24,000 nucleotides of DNA, from NCBI GenBank assembly GCA_022340665.1, contig JAJDNM010000049.1, positions 6,633 through 30,632 of the forward strand, written 5' to 3'. Below the pieces are notes generated by a model. That model was not told the origin of the DNA, did not search any database, and saw only the letters and a program-made list of their open reading frames with translations. Shown here one piece after another: positions 1 to 10,309 of this stretch (position 1 is the stretch's first letter; each line of letters opens with the position of its first letter). The stretch comes from Acidobacteriota bacterium (GTDB lineage Bacteria > Acidobacteriota > Thermoanaerobaculia > Thermoanaerobaculales > Sulfomarinibacteraceae). The position numbers and the translations under genes are program-made.

Positions 1-658
1 GACCCATCATCGGCCAGGGAACCACGAAGGGGAACATGACGAAGAAAATGCCGGTAGCTGTGTGCTCACCGAAGATGTTGCCGAAGAGCCGCAGCGCCAG
101 CGAGAGAATGCGCGCAAGGTGGGAGATGATCTCGATCGGGACCATCAGTGGCGCCAGTAATGGCAGCGGGCCGGCAAAGTGCGCGAGGTACTTGAAAAGC
201 CCGTTGTCCTTGATTCCGACGATGTTGTAGAAGAGAAACGCCGTGATCGACAGGGCGAAGGTGGTGTTCGGGTTGGCCGTCGGCGGTTGAACGAAATAGA
301 ACAGGCCGAAGATATTACCGACGAAGATGAAGACGGCCAATCCCATGATGAACGGCAGGAAGCGCTTGCCGAAACCATGGCCGACGACGTCCTCGATCAG
401 GTCTTCGAGCCCGGTGATGAGCAGCTCGGAGATCTGCTGCACCTTGCCGGGGTTTTCGATCGAGAGGCGCCGGCTGGTCGGGATGAAGATCAATCCAACC
501 AGGACCACGACCAGCATCGCCATGACGACGTGATCGGGCAGCCAGTATCCGGCCTCGTGCAGTCCCATCAGCTCCTGGTATCGTTGACTCGACTCTCCGA
601 ACAGCGCGATCAGCAGATTGTTGATGGGGTGGTAGAGAAACGAGACTGGGTGCTCCAA
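1..658 (-). CDS. atpB: F-type ATP synthase F0 subunit a (5' part; 3' end cut by the window edge)
   Basis: This gene is absent from the ORF track because no stop codon lies in the window. Manual minus-strand translation from TTG (658-656) gives LEHPVSFLYHPINN...GKRFLPFIMGLAVFIFVGNIFGLFYF...PLMVPIEIISHLARILSLALRLFGNIFGEHTATGIFFVMFPF. This contains the a-subunit signature with the conserved Arg in LRLFGN. The TTG is preceded by GAGGAGG (670-664) with a 5-nt spacer. The exact start is uncertain. Confidence 0.85.
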   Translation of the reverse strand, partial: MEHPVSFLYHPINNLLIALFGESSQRYQELMGLHEAGYWLPDHVVMAMLVVVLVGLIFIPTSRRLSIENPGKVQQISELLITGLEDLIEDVVGHGFGKRFLPFIMGLAVFIFVGNIFGLFYFVQPPTANPNTTFALSITAFLFYNIVGIKDNGLFKYLAHFAGPLPLLAPLMVPIEIISHLARILSLALRLFGNIFGEHTATGIFFVMFPFVVPWPMMG

Positions 659-659
659 T

Positions 660-1052
660 TCATCCTCCTCCGAGCCGCATGTGGCGGAGGCCCTCGATGA
701 TGATCGCCAGGACCAGGGTCGAGAACCCGAAAGCCACTGCTACCGCATCAATTCGCGGAATCATCAGGAATGCCGCGAAAATGATGGCGAGGAGGATCAA
801 GCGACCGAGAAACCTCAGAACCGTCCATCGATCGAGCCGAGGTTTTCCAGGCTGAACCACCCGGTGCACGATCACCTCCAGCCAACGAAAATTGATGATA
901 GCCACCACCCCCGCCGCGGTCAAGCAAAAAGCGCCCATCCATGTGCGAAAAAGCACAAGTTCGATCACAGCGCCGAAAACCACCAGGATGGCGGTGATCC
1001 GAACGACTCTTTGAGTCGAAAACTCTCCGCTCTCAGGATGTTCCGTCGTCAT
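660..1052 (-). CDS. atpI: ATP synthase protein I-like small membrane protein
   Basis: The ORF 660..1154 is trimmed to the internal ATG at 1052 (MTTEHPESGEF...). It encodes ~130 aa with several hydrophobic helices and lies between the atpZ-like gene and atpB, the usual AtpI position. The assignment rests on context and size only. Confidence 0.55.
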   Translation of the reverse strand: MTTEHPESGEFSTQRVVRITAILVVFGAVIELVLFRTWMGAFCLTAAGVVAIINFRWLEVIVHRVVQPGKPRLDRWTVLRFLGRLILLAIIFAAFLMIPRIDAVAVAFGFSTLVLAIIIEGLRHMRLGGG

Positions 1053-1323
1053 CGGAACTTGCCGCTTCTTCGGCCGCCTCGAGCGCCTCGATCTGCTTCT
1101 CGGAGCGTCCAGCCTGAGCGGTGATGCGAAACAGGTTGACAAAACCGGCTGCAATACCGAAAAGTGTGAAAATGATCGTCAGCCAGGGATAGATGTCGAG
1201 GTGTTTGTCGAGCCAGCGTCCGAAGAAATAGCCGAGGGCGATGGCTACCGGAAACTGTATGCCGACGATCGATACATCGAGCCAGACGCGCGCCCTGCGG
1301 AGCTTTTTCTTGCCTCGTACCAC
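1033..1323 (-). CDS. atpZ: AtpZ/AtpI-family small membrane protein (putative F0F1-ATPase accessory subunit)
   Basis: The ORF encodes 96 aa from a GTG start at 1323, with GGAGAGGGGG 8 nt upstream. It has a basic N-terminus (MVRGKKKLRRAR), two predicted TM helices (VSIVGIQFPVAIALGYFFG and WLTIIFTLFGIAAGFVNLF) and an acidic tail. It is the first gene of the atp cluster. Confidence 0.6.
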   Translation of the reverse strand: MVRGKKKLRRARVWLDVSIVGIQFPVAIALGYFFGRWLDKHLDIYPWLTIIFTLFGIAAGFVNLFRITAQAGRSEKQIEALEAAEEAASSDDDGTS

Positions 1324-1351
1324 GGGTTTCGCCCCCTCTCCGCTCGAGTTG

Positions 1352-2815
1352 TCACATCACGCCGAGTGCACTCACGGCATTCCGAGCCCAGCCGACAACC
1401 GGCATCGGGTAGACACCGATCGCCAGGGTGACGATGACGCAGGCCACGATCACCAACTCCGTCCAACGATCGCGCAGGAACTCGGCCGGATCCTCACCCT
1501 CCCCGTCACCATCTCGCAGGTACATCTGCACGACGATTCGGAAGTAATAGTAGAGGCTGACCGCCGACATGATCACCGCGATGAGGGTCAGCAGGACGTA
1601 ACCGCCCTCGACCGCCGCCGCAAAGAGGTACAGCTTGCCCATGAAACCCGCTGTCGGCGGAATGCCGGCGAGCGCCAGCATGAAGATCAGCATGCCGAGA
1701 GCGGCACCCGGGTGACGTTTGGCAAGACCGGCGTAATCGCCGATCACCTCACCCGCATAGCCTTTCGACTCGAGCAGGATCACGAACCCGAAAGCCCCGA
1801 GGTTCATGAAGGTGTAGACCAGCATGTACATCAAGATCGCCCAGGCACCGGTCTCGGTGAGAGCGACAAACCCCATCAGTGCGTATCCGGCATGGGCGAT
1901 CGACGAATAGGCCAGCATCCGCTTGACGTTGTCCTGGGTCAGGGCGGCGATGTTTCCGTAGATCATGGTTGCCGCAGAAGCCAGCCACAGGACCACCCGC
2001 CAATGCTCGACACCCGGCCCGAATGCGTCGAAGAAAAGGCGCATGAACATGGCGAAGGCCGCCGCTTTCGGTGCCACCGAGATGAAGGCCGTCACCGGTG
2101 TCGGCGCTCCCTCGTAGGCATCAGGCGTCCACACGTGGAAGGGCACCGCCGCCACCTTGAAGAGCATGCCGAAGCTCACCAGAACCATGCCGAGCACCAG
2201 CATCGGGTTCGAGTTCGGCACCGCGACCAGAGACTGGCGGATGGTCTGCAGGTCGAGGGTGCCGAGGGACCCGTAGACCAGGGAGATACCGTAGAGCAGG
2301 ATCGCCGAGGATGCCGCGCCCAGCACGAAGTACTTGACCGCTCCTTCGTTCGACTTGATCTCCAGCTTGAAGTAGCCGACCAGGACGTAGACCGAAAGCG
2401 CCATCAGTTCGAGCCCGACATAGAGACTGGCGAGACTGGCGCCGGACGACATCACGAACATGCCGACGGTGGCAAAGAGAATGAGCGATACGAACTCGCC
2501 TCCGCCGTAGCCGAAACGCTCGAGGAATCCTGCAGCCATGAATATCGCCATGATCCCGGCCACCAGCACCAGCAGCTTGAAGAAGACCGCGAATTGGTCG
2601 ATCACCAGCATGTCGCCGAGGATGGCCACCGGACCCTCGACCGGCCGCCCCACCAGCCACACCAGAACGCCAGTCACCGCAAGCGAGCCGACACCGACCA
2701 GCGAGAGCGGACGGACCCCTCCCCTCCCGAGCGGGATGCCGAGCAGGAGGACGACAAACCCGGCCGTCGCAAGGAAGATCTCGGGCAGAAACGGAACGAA
2801 CTGCTCGAGGGTCAT
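1352..2815 (-). CDS. nuoN: NADH:quinone oxidoreductase subunit N
   Basis: This 487-aa polytopic antiporter-like protein is the last gene of the nuo operon. Its sequence has typical NuoN/ND2 features (FHVWTPDAYEGAPTPVTAFIS, AYSSIAHAGY). Confidence 0.95.
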   Translation of the reverse strand: MTLEQFVPFLPEIFLATAGFVVLLLGIPLGRGGVRPLSLVGVGSLAVTGVLVWLVGRPVEGPVAILGDMLVIDQFAVFFKLLVLVAGIMAIFMAAGFLERFGYGGGEFVSLILFATVGMFVMSSGASLASLYVGLELMALSVYVLVGYFKLEIKSNEGAVKYFVLGAASSAILLYGISLVYGSLGTLDLQTIRQSLVAVPNSNPMLVLGMVLVSFGMLFKVAAVPFHVWTPDAYEGAPTPVTAFISVAPKAAAFAMFMRLFFDAFGPGVEHWRVVLWLASAATMIYGNIAALTQDNVKRMLAYSSIAHAGYALMGFVALTETGAWAILMYMLVYTFMNLGAFGFVILLESKGYAGEVIGDYAGLAKRHPGAALGMLIFMLALAGIPPTAGFMGKLYLFAAAVEGGYVLLTLIAVIMSAVSLYYYFRIVVQMYLRDGDGEGEDPAEFLRDRWTELVIVACVIVTLAIGVYPMPVVGWARNAVSALGVM

Positions 2816-2818
2816 CGG

Positions 2819-4438
2819 CTACTCCCCGTGCTCCTCTGCCGCTTCGTCAGTCAGATCGTGTGCCAGAGCTGCCACGTGGTCGCCGGCCGTGCCCATCTCC
2901 TCCGGCAACGCCGCCTCGACGCGCTCGAGCACTCGATCGACCGTCGGCGCCATTCGATCGAAGAACGGTTTGGGATAGAGGCCGATCCAGAAGGCGATGA
3001 CGATCAGTGGGATAAGGGTCCACTGCTCGCGGCGGTTGAGGTCGGAAAGGTCCTTGTTCTTCTCGTTCGACAGCTCGCCGAAGAAGACCCTCTGATAGAG
3101 CCACAGCATGTAGGCCGCACCGAGGACGATGCCCGAAGCGGCGAAGAGAGCCCACACCCAGGAGTGGTTGTAGGCTCCGATCAGGATGGTGAACTCGCCG
3201 ATGAAGCCGTTCAGGGTGGGCAGTCCGATGGACGACAGCGTAATGATGAGGAAGAAGGTCGCATATAACGGCATGACCTTCGCCAGACCACCGTACTCGG
3301 CGATCATCCTGTTGTGGCGCCGTTCGTACACGATGCCGACGAGAAGGAAGAGCGCGCCAGTCGACACGCCGTGGTTCAGCATTTGCAGGATCGAGCCGCG
3401 CAGGCCGGGCTCGTTGAGGGCAAACATGCCCAGCATCACGAAGCCCATGTGGCTGACCGAGGAGTAGGCTACCAGCTTCTTCATGTCCTTCTGGGCCATC
3501 GCCACGAGCGCGCCGTAGACGATGGCGATGATCGACAGCACGCCGATCCAACCAACCGCCTTTACCGTGGCGTCAGGCAGCAGTGGCAAGGAGAAGCGAA
3601 CGAAACCGTAGGTCCCCATCTTCAGGAGAACGGCTGCCAGGATGACCGAACCGGCGGTCGGCGCCTCCACGTGCGCGTCCGGCAACCAGGTGTGGAACGG
3701 GAACATCGGCACCTTGATGGCGAAACCGACGAAGAACGCGAGGAAGACCCAGAACTGGACTCCGGTCGGGATCATCGGCGCGATGGTGTAGAGATGCGGG
3801 ATCGAGAAGGTCGCCGCATTGCCGAGGCCGTCGAGGCCGATCGCCGCCAGACCGCTCGAGTTATAGAAATACAGGGTCAGGATGCCGACCAGCATCAGCA
3901 CCGAACCGACCAGGGTGTAGAGGAAGAACTTGATCGCCGCGTACAGCCTGCGCGGTCCACCCCAGACGCCGATCAGGAAGTACATGGGGACGAGCATGAC
4001 CTCCCAGAAGACGTAGAAGAGGATGAAATCGAGCGAGCAGAAGACACCGAGCATGCCCGTCTGGAGCAGGAGAAGAAAGATGTAGTACTCCTTCTCGCGC
4101 TCAGTGATGGCGGTGTACGAGCAGTAGACCGCGATGAAACCGAGCAGGGTGGTGAGCAGTATCAAAAGGACCGCGAAGCCGTCCACACCGAAGAGATACT
4201 GGACGCCGACCGACGGGATCCACTCCAACCGGGTCGCGAACTGGAACTCCGCGCCGTCAGGTCTGTAGAGAAACCACAGCGGGATCGAGATCACGAAGTC
4301 GACGCCCGCCACGAGCGTCGCCCAGGTCTTGATCGCGCTCGAGTTCTCCTTGTTGACGAACGCCATCATCAGCAGCGCGCCCGCCAGCGGCAGGTAGCAA
4401 ATCAGGTTGAGAAGCCAGCCGTATTGAAAGTCCATCAT
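2819..4438 (-). CDS. nuoM: NADH:quinone oxidoreductase subunit M
   Basis: The 539-aa product carries NuoM/ND4 motifs (VFWEVMLVPMYFLIGVWGG, FPFHTWLPDAHVEAPTAGSVILA, AYSSVSHMGF). Its stop lies 4 nt before the nuoN start. Confidence 0.95.
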   Translation of the reverse strand: MMDFQYGWLLNLICYLPLAGALLMMAFVNKENSSAIKTWATLVAGVDFVISIPLWFLYRPDGAEFQFATRLEWIPSVGVQYLFGVDGFAVLLILLTTLLGFIAVYCSYTAITEREKEYYIFLLLLQTGMLGVFCSLDFILFYVFWEVMLVPMYFLIGVWGGPRRLYAAIKFFLYTLVGSVLMLVGILTLYFYNSSGLAAIGLDGLGNAATFSIPHLYTIAPMIPTGVQFWVFLAFFVGFAIKVPMFPFHTWLPDAHVEAPTAGSVILAAVLLKMGTYGFVRFSLPLLPDATVKAVGWIGVLSIIAIVYGALVAMAQKDMKKLVAYSSVSHMGFVMLGMFALNEPGLRGSILQMLNHGVSTGALFLLVGIVYERRHNRMIAEYGGLAKVMPLYATFFLIITLSSIGLPTLNGFIGEFTILIGAYNHSWVWALFAASGIVLGAAYMLWLYQRVFFGELSNEKNKDLSDLNRREQWTLIPLIVIAFWIGLYPKPFFDRMAPTVDRVLERVEAALPEEMGTAGDHVAALAHDLTDEAAEEHGE

Positions 4439-4444
4439 CGTCCC

Positions 4445-6556
<2,112 letters not shown>

Positions 6557-6559
6557 CCC

Positions 6560-6862
6560 CTAGCCCCCCATCTCGTCGGCCTTCTCGAGTGCCACCGTGT
6601 CCTTCAATCGAACCAGGGCGATGATCAGGCCGAGCCCGATGGCGGCTTCGGCCGCCGCTACTGTGATCACGAAGATCGCCAGCACCTGGCCGCCGAGATC
6701 ACCGAGCCGGAATGAAAAAGCGATCAGGTTGAGGTTGACCGCGTTGAACATCAGCTCGAGGGACATCAATACGGTGATGAAGTTACGCCGCACCATGACA
6801 CCGACGATGCCGATGCACATCAGGATGAGCGAGAGGGCGACGTAGTGGGTCGCGGAAATCAC
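6560..6862 (-). CDS. nuoK: NADH:quinone oxidoreductase subunit K
   Basis: This is a 100-aa protein with three TM helices and NuoK-like sequence (LMSLELMFNAVNLN...AEAAIGLGLI). Its GTG start overlaps the nuoJ stop (GTGA). Confidence 0.9.
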   Translation of the reverse strand: MISATHYVALSLILMCIGIVGVMVRRNFITVLMSLELMFNAVNLNLIAFSFRLGDLGGQVLAIFVITVAAAEAAIGLGLIIALVRLKDTVALEKADEMGG

Positions 6863-7431
6863 GGCTCCACCTCCTCTCCCTTACTGATCAGTGCTACATC
6901 ACGCCGACCGAAGACGATGGCGCCGATCATCGCCACCAGCAGCACCACCGACACCACCTCGAAGGGCACGAGGTACTTCGTGAAGAGGATCCATCCGACG
7001 GCCTCCGTGTTGCCGACCTCCTGACCCTCGATGGCCGTCATCGCGGCAGCACCACCGTCGCCTGCGGCCATCGACCCAAGGAGAATGCCGACCGCGATGA
7101 GACATCCCAGAACGACGCCGCCGAGAATCGCCAGCGGCGCGGCCCCCGAGAGGAATACCGTTCCCGGACCGAGATCGGTCAGCCTCACCAGCATGATGAC
7201 GAAGAGATACAGGACCATGATGCCGCCGGCGTATACCAGCACCTGCACCGCGGCCAGGAACTCGGCGCGGCTCATGATGAAGAGCACGGCCACCATGAAG
7301 AAGGTGAGGAGCAGGGACACGGCGGAGTGCACCGGGTTGCGGAGAATGACGACGCCGATTGCCGCAGCCACCGTGATGACCGCAATCACGTAGAACAGGA
7401 TGGCGCCGAAGTTCGCTACCAGATAATCCAT
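6859..7431 (-). CDS. nuoJ: NADH:quinone oxidoreductase subunit J
   Basis: The ORF 6859..7665 is trimmed to the ATG at 7431 (MDYLVANFGAILFYVIAVITV...), which overlaps the nuoI stop (ATGA). The upstream 78 codons are Arg/Gly-rich and overlap nuoI, so they are not coding here. Confidence 0.9.
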   Translation of the reverse strand: MDYLVANFGAILFYVIAVITVAAAIGVVILRNPVHSAVSLLLTFFMVAVLFIMSRAEFLAAVQVLVYAGGIMVLYLFVIMLVRLTDLGPGTVFLSGAAPLAILGGVVLGCLIAVGILLGSMAAGDGGAAAMTAIEGQEVGNTEAVGWILFTKYLVPFEVVSVVLLVAMIGAIVFGRRDVALISKGEEVEP

Positions 7432-8000
7432 CAGGCCGCTCCTTCGCCGGTCGTCCCGTCGTCGTCCGCCGAGGCCTTCGTCAGGGCCTTCATCGGCGAC
7501 GACGGGTCCTGGCCATCGATCGGCAGCACGACTCCCGGGAAGGCCTTCAGTCCGTCCCAGTTGGCGAGTCGCTCTTTGGTGTAGTAGAGGCGTTCGTTGC
7601 GCTCGTAGACGGTGCCCTCGTAACTCTTCGTGGTCAGCCAGATCGCCTTGGGCTCCGTCGGGCACGCCTCTTCACAGAGGCCGCAGAACATGCACCTCTT
7701 GACGTCGATGTCGTACCGGTCGATGATCTTTTTCTTTTTCTTCTTTTCGCCGACCATCTCGACCTCGGTGTGGTCGGTGATGAAGATGATGTCAATCGGG
7801 CAGGCCTTGGCACAGAGGTGGCAATCGATGCAGCGCTCCATGTCATAGCCGAACATGCCGCGAAAGCGGTCCTTCGGCTCCATCTTCTTTTCCGGATACT
7901 GGATGGTCTCTTTCTTCCGGAAGAGATAGCCGCCGGTCACCCCCATCCCGCCGAAGAGGTCGGTCGGAATCAGCTTTTGCACGAAATCACCAAAAGTCAT
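7431..8000 (-). CDS. nuoI: NADH:quinone oxidoreductase subunit I (2x[4Fe-4S] ferredoxin-type)
   Basis: Two CxxCxxCxxxCP motifs are present (CIDCHLCAKACP and CMFCGLCEEACP). The protein also has a Lys6 insertion and an acidic C-terminal tail. Confidence 0.95.
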   Translation of the reverse strand: MTFGDFVQKLIPTDLFGGMGVTGGYLFRKKETIQYPEKKMEPKDRFRGMFGYDMERCIDCHLCAKACPIDIIFITDHTEVEMVGEKKKKKKIIDRYDIDVKRCMFCGLCEEACPTEPKAIWLTTKSYEGTVYERNERLYYTKERLANWDGLKAFPGVVLPIDGQDPSSPMKALTKASADDDGTTGEGAA

Positions 8001-8004
8001 GAAC

Positions 8005-9054
8005 TCAACCCTTCAGGAGCAGAACACCGAGCGCGATCACGGCGATGTTGGCCAGGGACAACGGCAGCAGCCACTTCCAACCGACCTGCATCAGCTGGTC
8101 GAAGCGGTATCGCGGGAAGGTGCCGCGGAACCAGATGTAGACGAAGATGAAGGCCAGCACCTTGCCGGCGAACCAGAGGACCGGCGGGATCACGTCGAGG
8201 AAGGCGAGGAACTCGACGTTCGGGAAGGGCCGCAGCCAGCCTCCGAAGAAGAGGATCACCGCCAGCGACGACACCACCATCATGTTGATGTACTCGGCGA
8301 GATAGAACATCGCGAACTTCATTCCGGAGTACTCGGTATGGAAGCCGGCCACCAGCTCCGCCTCGGCCTCGGGCAGGTCGAAGGGGTTGCGGTTGTTCTC
8401 GGCCACACCGCAGATGAAGTAGATGCCAAACCCGAGGATGCCGGGAATGAAGAACCAGAGTCCGGCATCGCGCTGCGCCTCGACAATCCCGACCAGCGAC
8501 AGGGTGCTGGCCATCAGCAGCACCGACACCACCGCGAAACCGAGCGGCACCTCGTAGGAGACCAACTGTGCGGCAGATCGGAGTCCGCCCATCAATGAGA
8601 ACTTGTTGTTGGACGCCCAGCCACCAAGGATGATGCCGTAGATGCCGACCGAGGACACCGCGAGCACGAAGAGAATCGCGATGTTGATGTCGGCCAGGAA
8701 AGGTGTGATCTCGACCCCGGAAACCGTGAAGGTTTCGCCCCAGGGGATCACCGCCCAGACCAGGATCGCGGGCGCAAATATCAGCGCTGGTGCGAGCATG
8801 AAGACGAAGCGCTCGGCGCGGCCCGGCACCAGGTCCTCCTTGACCAGCAGCTTGAGCCCGTCGGCGATCGGCTGCAGCCAGCCCCGGGGGCCGACCCGGT
8901 TGGGACCGATACGGACCTGCATGTAGGCGAGGATCTTGCGCTCGGCGAATGTCAGATAGGCCATCACAAGCAGCAGCACGGCGAGGATTACGACGCCTTT
9001 GATCAGGGGCAGACCGACGTAGGTCATGAGAGGGGAGGTCAAGAACTCATTCAT
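8005..9054 (-). CDS. nuoH: NADH:quinone oxidoreductase subunit H
   Basis: The 349-aa product has NuoH/ND1-like sequence (ERKILAYMQVRIGPNRVGPRGWLQPIADGLKL, PFDLPEAEAELVAGFHTEYSG). Confidence 0.95.
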   Translation of the reverse strand: MNEFLTSPLMTYVGLPLIKGVVILAVLLLVMAYLTFAERKILAYMQVRIGPNRVGPRGWLQPIADGLKLLVKEDLVPGRAERFVFMLAPALIFAPAILVWAVIPWGETFTVSGVEITPFLADINIAILFVLAVSSVGIYGIILGGWASNNKFSLMGGLRSAAQLVSYEVPLGFAVVSVLLMASTLSLVGIVEAQRDAGLWFFIPGILGFGIYFICGVAENNRNPFDLPEAEAELVAGFHTEYSGMKFAMFYLAEYINMMVVSSLAVILFFGGWLRPFPNVEFLAFLDVIPPVLWFAGKVLAFIFVYIWFRGTFPRYRFDQLMQVGWKWLLPLSLANIAVIALGVLLLKG

Positions 9055-9079
9055 ACCGAACTCCCCGCAATAGACGAAT

Positions 9080-9180
9080 AAATTAGGAAGTAGGAAGTAG
9101 GAATTAGGAATTGGGGCTTGGAGGCGAGACTGGTACCGGTGACGTCATTCCTCATTCCTAACTCCTCAATCCTCATTCTG
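9080..9180 (-). repeat. Heptad-repeat inverted-repeat element, copy A (5 heptads + 30-nt spacer + 5 inverted heptads)
   Basis: The plus strand reads AATTAGG AAGTAGG AAGTAGG AATTAGG AATTGGG at 9081-9115 and CATTCCT CATTCCT AACTCCT CAATCCT CATTCTG at 9146-9180. The arms are imperfectly complementary, about 24 of 33 positions by hand alignment. The element fills the nuoD-nuoH gap and is homologous to 19285-19388. Confidence 0.7.
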
Positions 9181-9184
9181 GCTC

Positions 9185-10309
9185 TCATCTGTCGATCTCC
9201 CCGAGCACGATGTCGAGTGTTCCAATGACGGCCACCAGGTCGGCGACCAGGTGGCCTTCGACCATCATTGGCAAGGCCTGAAGGTTGATGAACGACGGCG
9301 GCCGGACATGACACCGGTAGGGAGCGGTGCCCTTTTCGCCGGCGACGATGAAGTAACCGAGCTCGCCCTTCGGTGCTTCGACCGCGCCGTAGACCATCCC
9401 CGCCTCCTTGACCCGCAGGATCTTGGGCACTCTCGCCATGTGCGGTCCGTCCGGCAGCCGATCGAGGCACTGGCGAATGATCCGCACCGACTGCCGCATC
9501 TCCTCCATTCGCACGAGGTACCGGTCGTAGGTGTCACCCTTGTTGCCGATCGGGATCTCGAAATCGATCTCGTCATAGCGGTCGTAGGGGAAGATCTTCC
9601 GGATATCCCACTTCACGCCGGACCCGCGCAACGGCGGTCCGGTGAGGCCCCACTCGATCGCTTCCTCGGCGGTGACGACGCCAATATCGATGGTGCGTTT
9701 CTTCCAGATACGGTTTTCGGTCAGCAGGTTCTCGTACTCGTCGATGTGGGCGTTGAAGCCGTCGACCAGCTCCGAACACCGGTCGACCCAGCCGTCCGGC
9801 AGCTCGAAAGGCACACCGCCGATCTTCATGCAGTTGAGCGTCAGGCGGGCGCCGCAGTACTCCTCGAAGAGGTCGAGGATCGCATCACGCTCGCGGAACG
9901 TATAAAAGAACGGTGTGATCGCGCCGATATCGATCGCGTGGGTCGCGAGCCACACCAGGTGCGACGCCAACCGCTGCAGCTCGGCGAGAATCATCCGGAT
10001 GTACGCGGCACGGGGCGAGATCGTGATCCCGAGCAGCTTCTCCATGGCGACGCAGAAACCCTGGTTGTTGGTCGCCGCCGCCACGTAATCCATCCGGTCG
10101 GTGTGCGGAATGCACTGCGGAAAGTCCATTGTCTCGAAGAGCTTCTCGGTGCCGCGGTGGAGGTAGCCGATGACCGGCTTGGCCTCCATGATCTTTTCGC
10201 CGTCGAGCTTCAGCTTGACACGGAGCACGCCGTGGGTCGCCGGGTGTTGCGGACCGAAGTTGATCTCCATTTCCTCGACATCGAAGAGCGGCTTATCGGC
10301 GGCGTTCAT
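9185..10309 (-). CDS. nuoD: NADH:quinone oxidoreductase subunit D
   Basis: The 374-aa product has NuoD/49-kDa-like sequence (INFGPQHPATHGVLRV, GYLHRGTEKL, and C-terminal DIVLGEIDR). Its ATG overlaps the nuoC stop (ATGA). Confidence 0.95.
   Translation of the reverse strand: MNAADKPLFDVEEMEINFGPQHPATHGVLRVKLKLDGEKIMEAKPVIGYLHRGTEKLFETMDFPQCIPHTDRMDYVAAATNNQGFCVAMEKLLGITISPRAAYIRMILAELQRLASHLVWLATHAIDIGAITPFFYTFRERDAILDLFEEYCGARLTLNCMKIGGVPFELPDGWVDRCSELVDGFNAHIDEYENLLTENRIWKKRTIDIGVVTAEEAIEWGLTGPPLRGSGVKWDIRKIFPYDRYDEIDFEIPIGNKGDTYDRYLVRMEEMRQSVRIIRQCLDRLPDGPHMARVPKILRVKEAGMVYGAVEAPKGELGYFIVAGEKGTAPYRCHVRPPSFINLQALPMMVEGHLVADLVAVIGTLDIVLGEIDR

Noticed and set aside
7727-7750. An A/T-rich homopolymeric run inside nuoI encodes KKKKKK (GAA AAG AAG AAA AAG AAA AAG) and could be a programmed frameshift or slippage site.
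   Set aside because: The reading frame continues uninterrupted into the second conserved 4Fe-4S motif. No alternative-frame product of any length or similarity follows. It is most simply a lysine-rich loop insertion.
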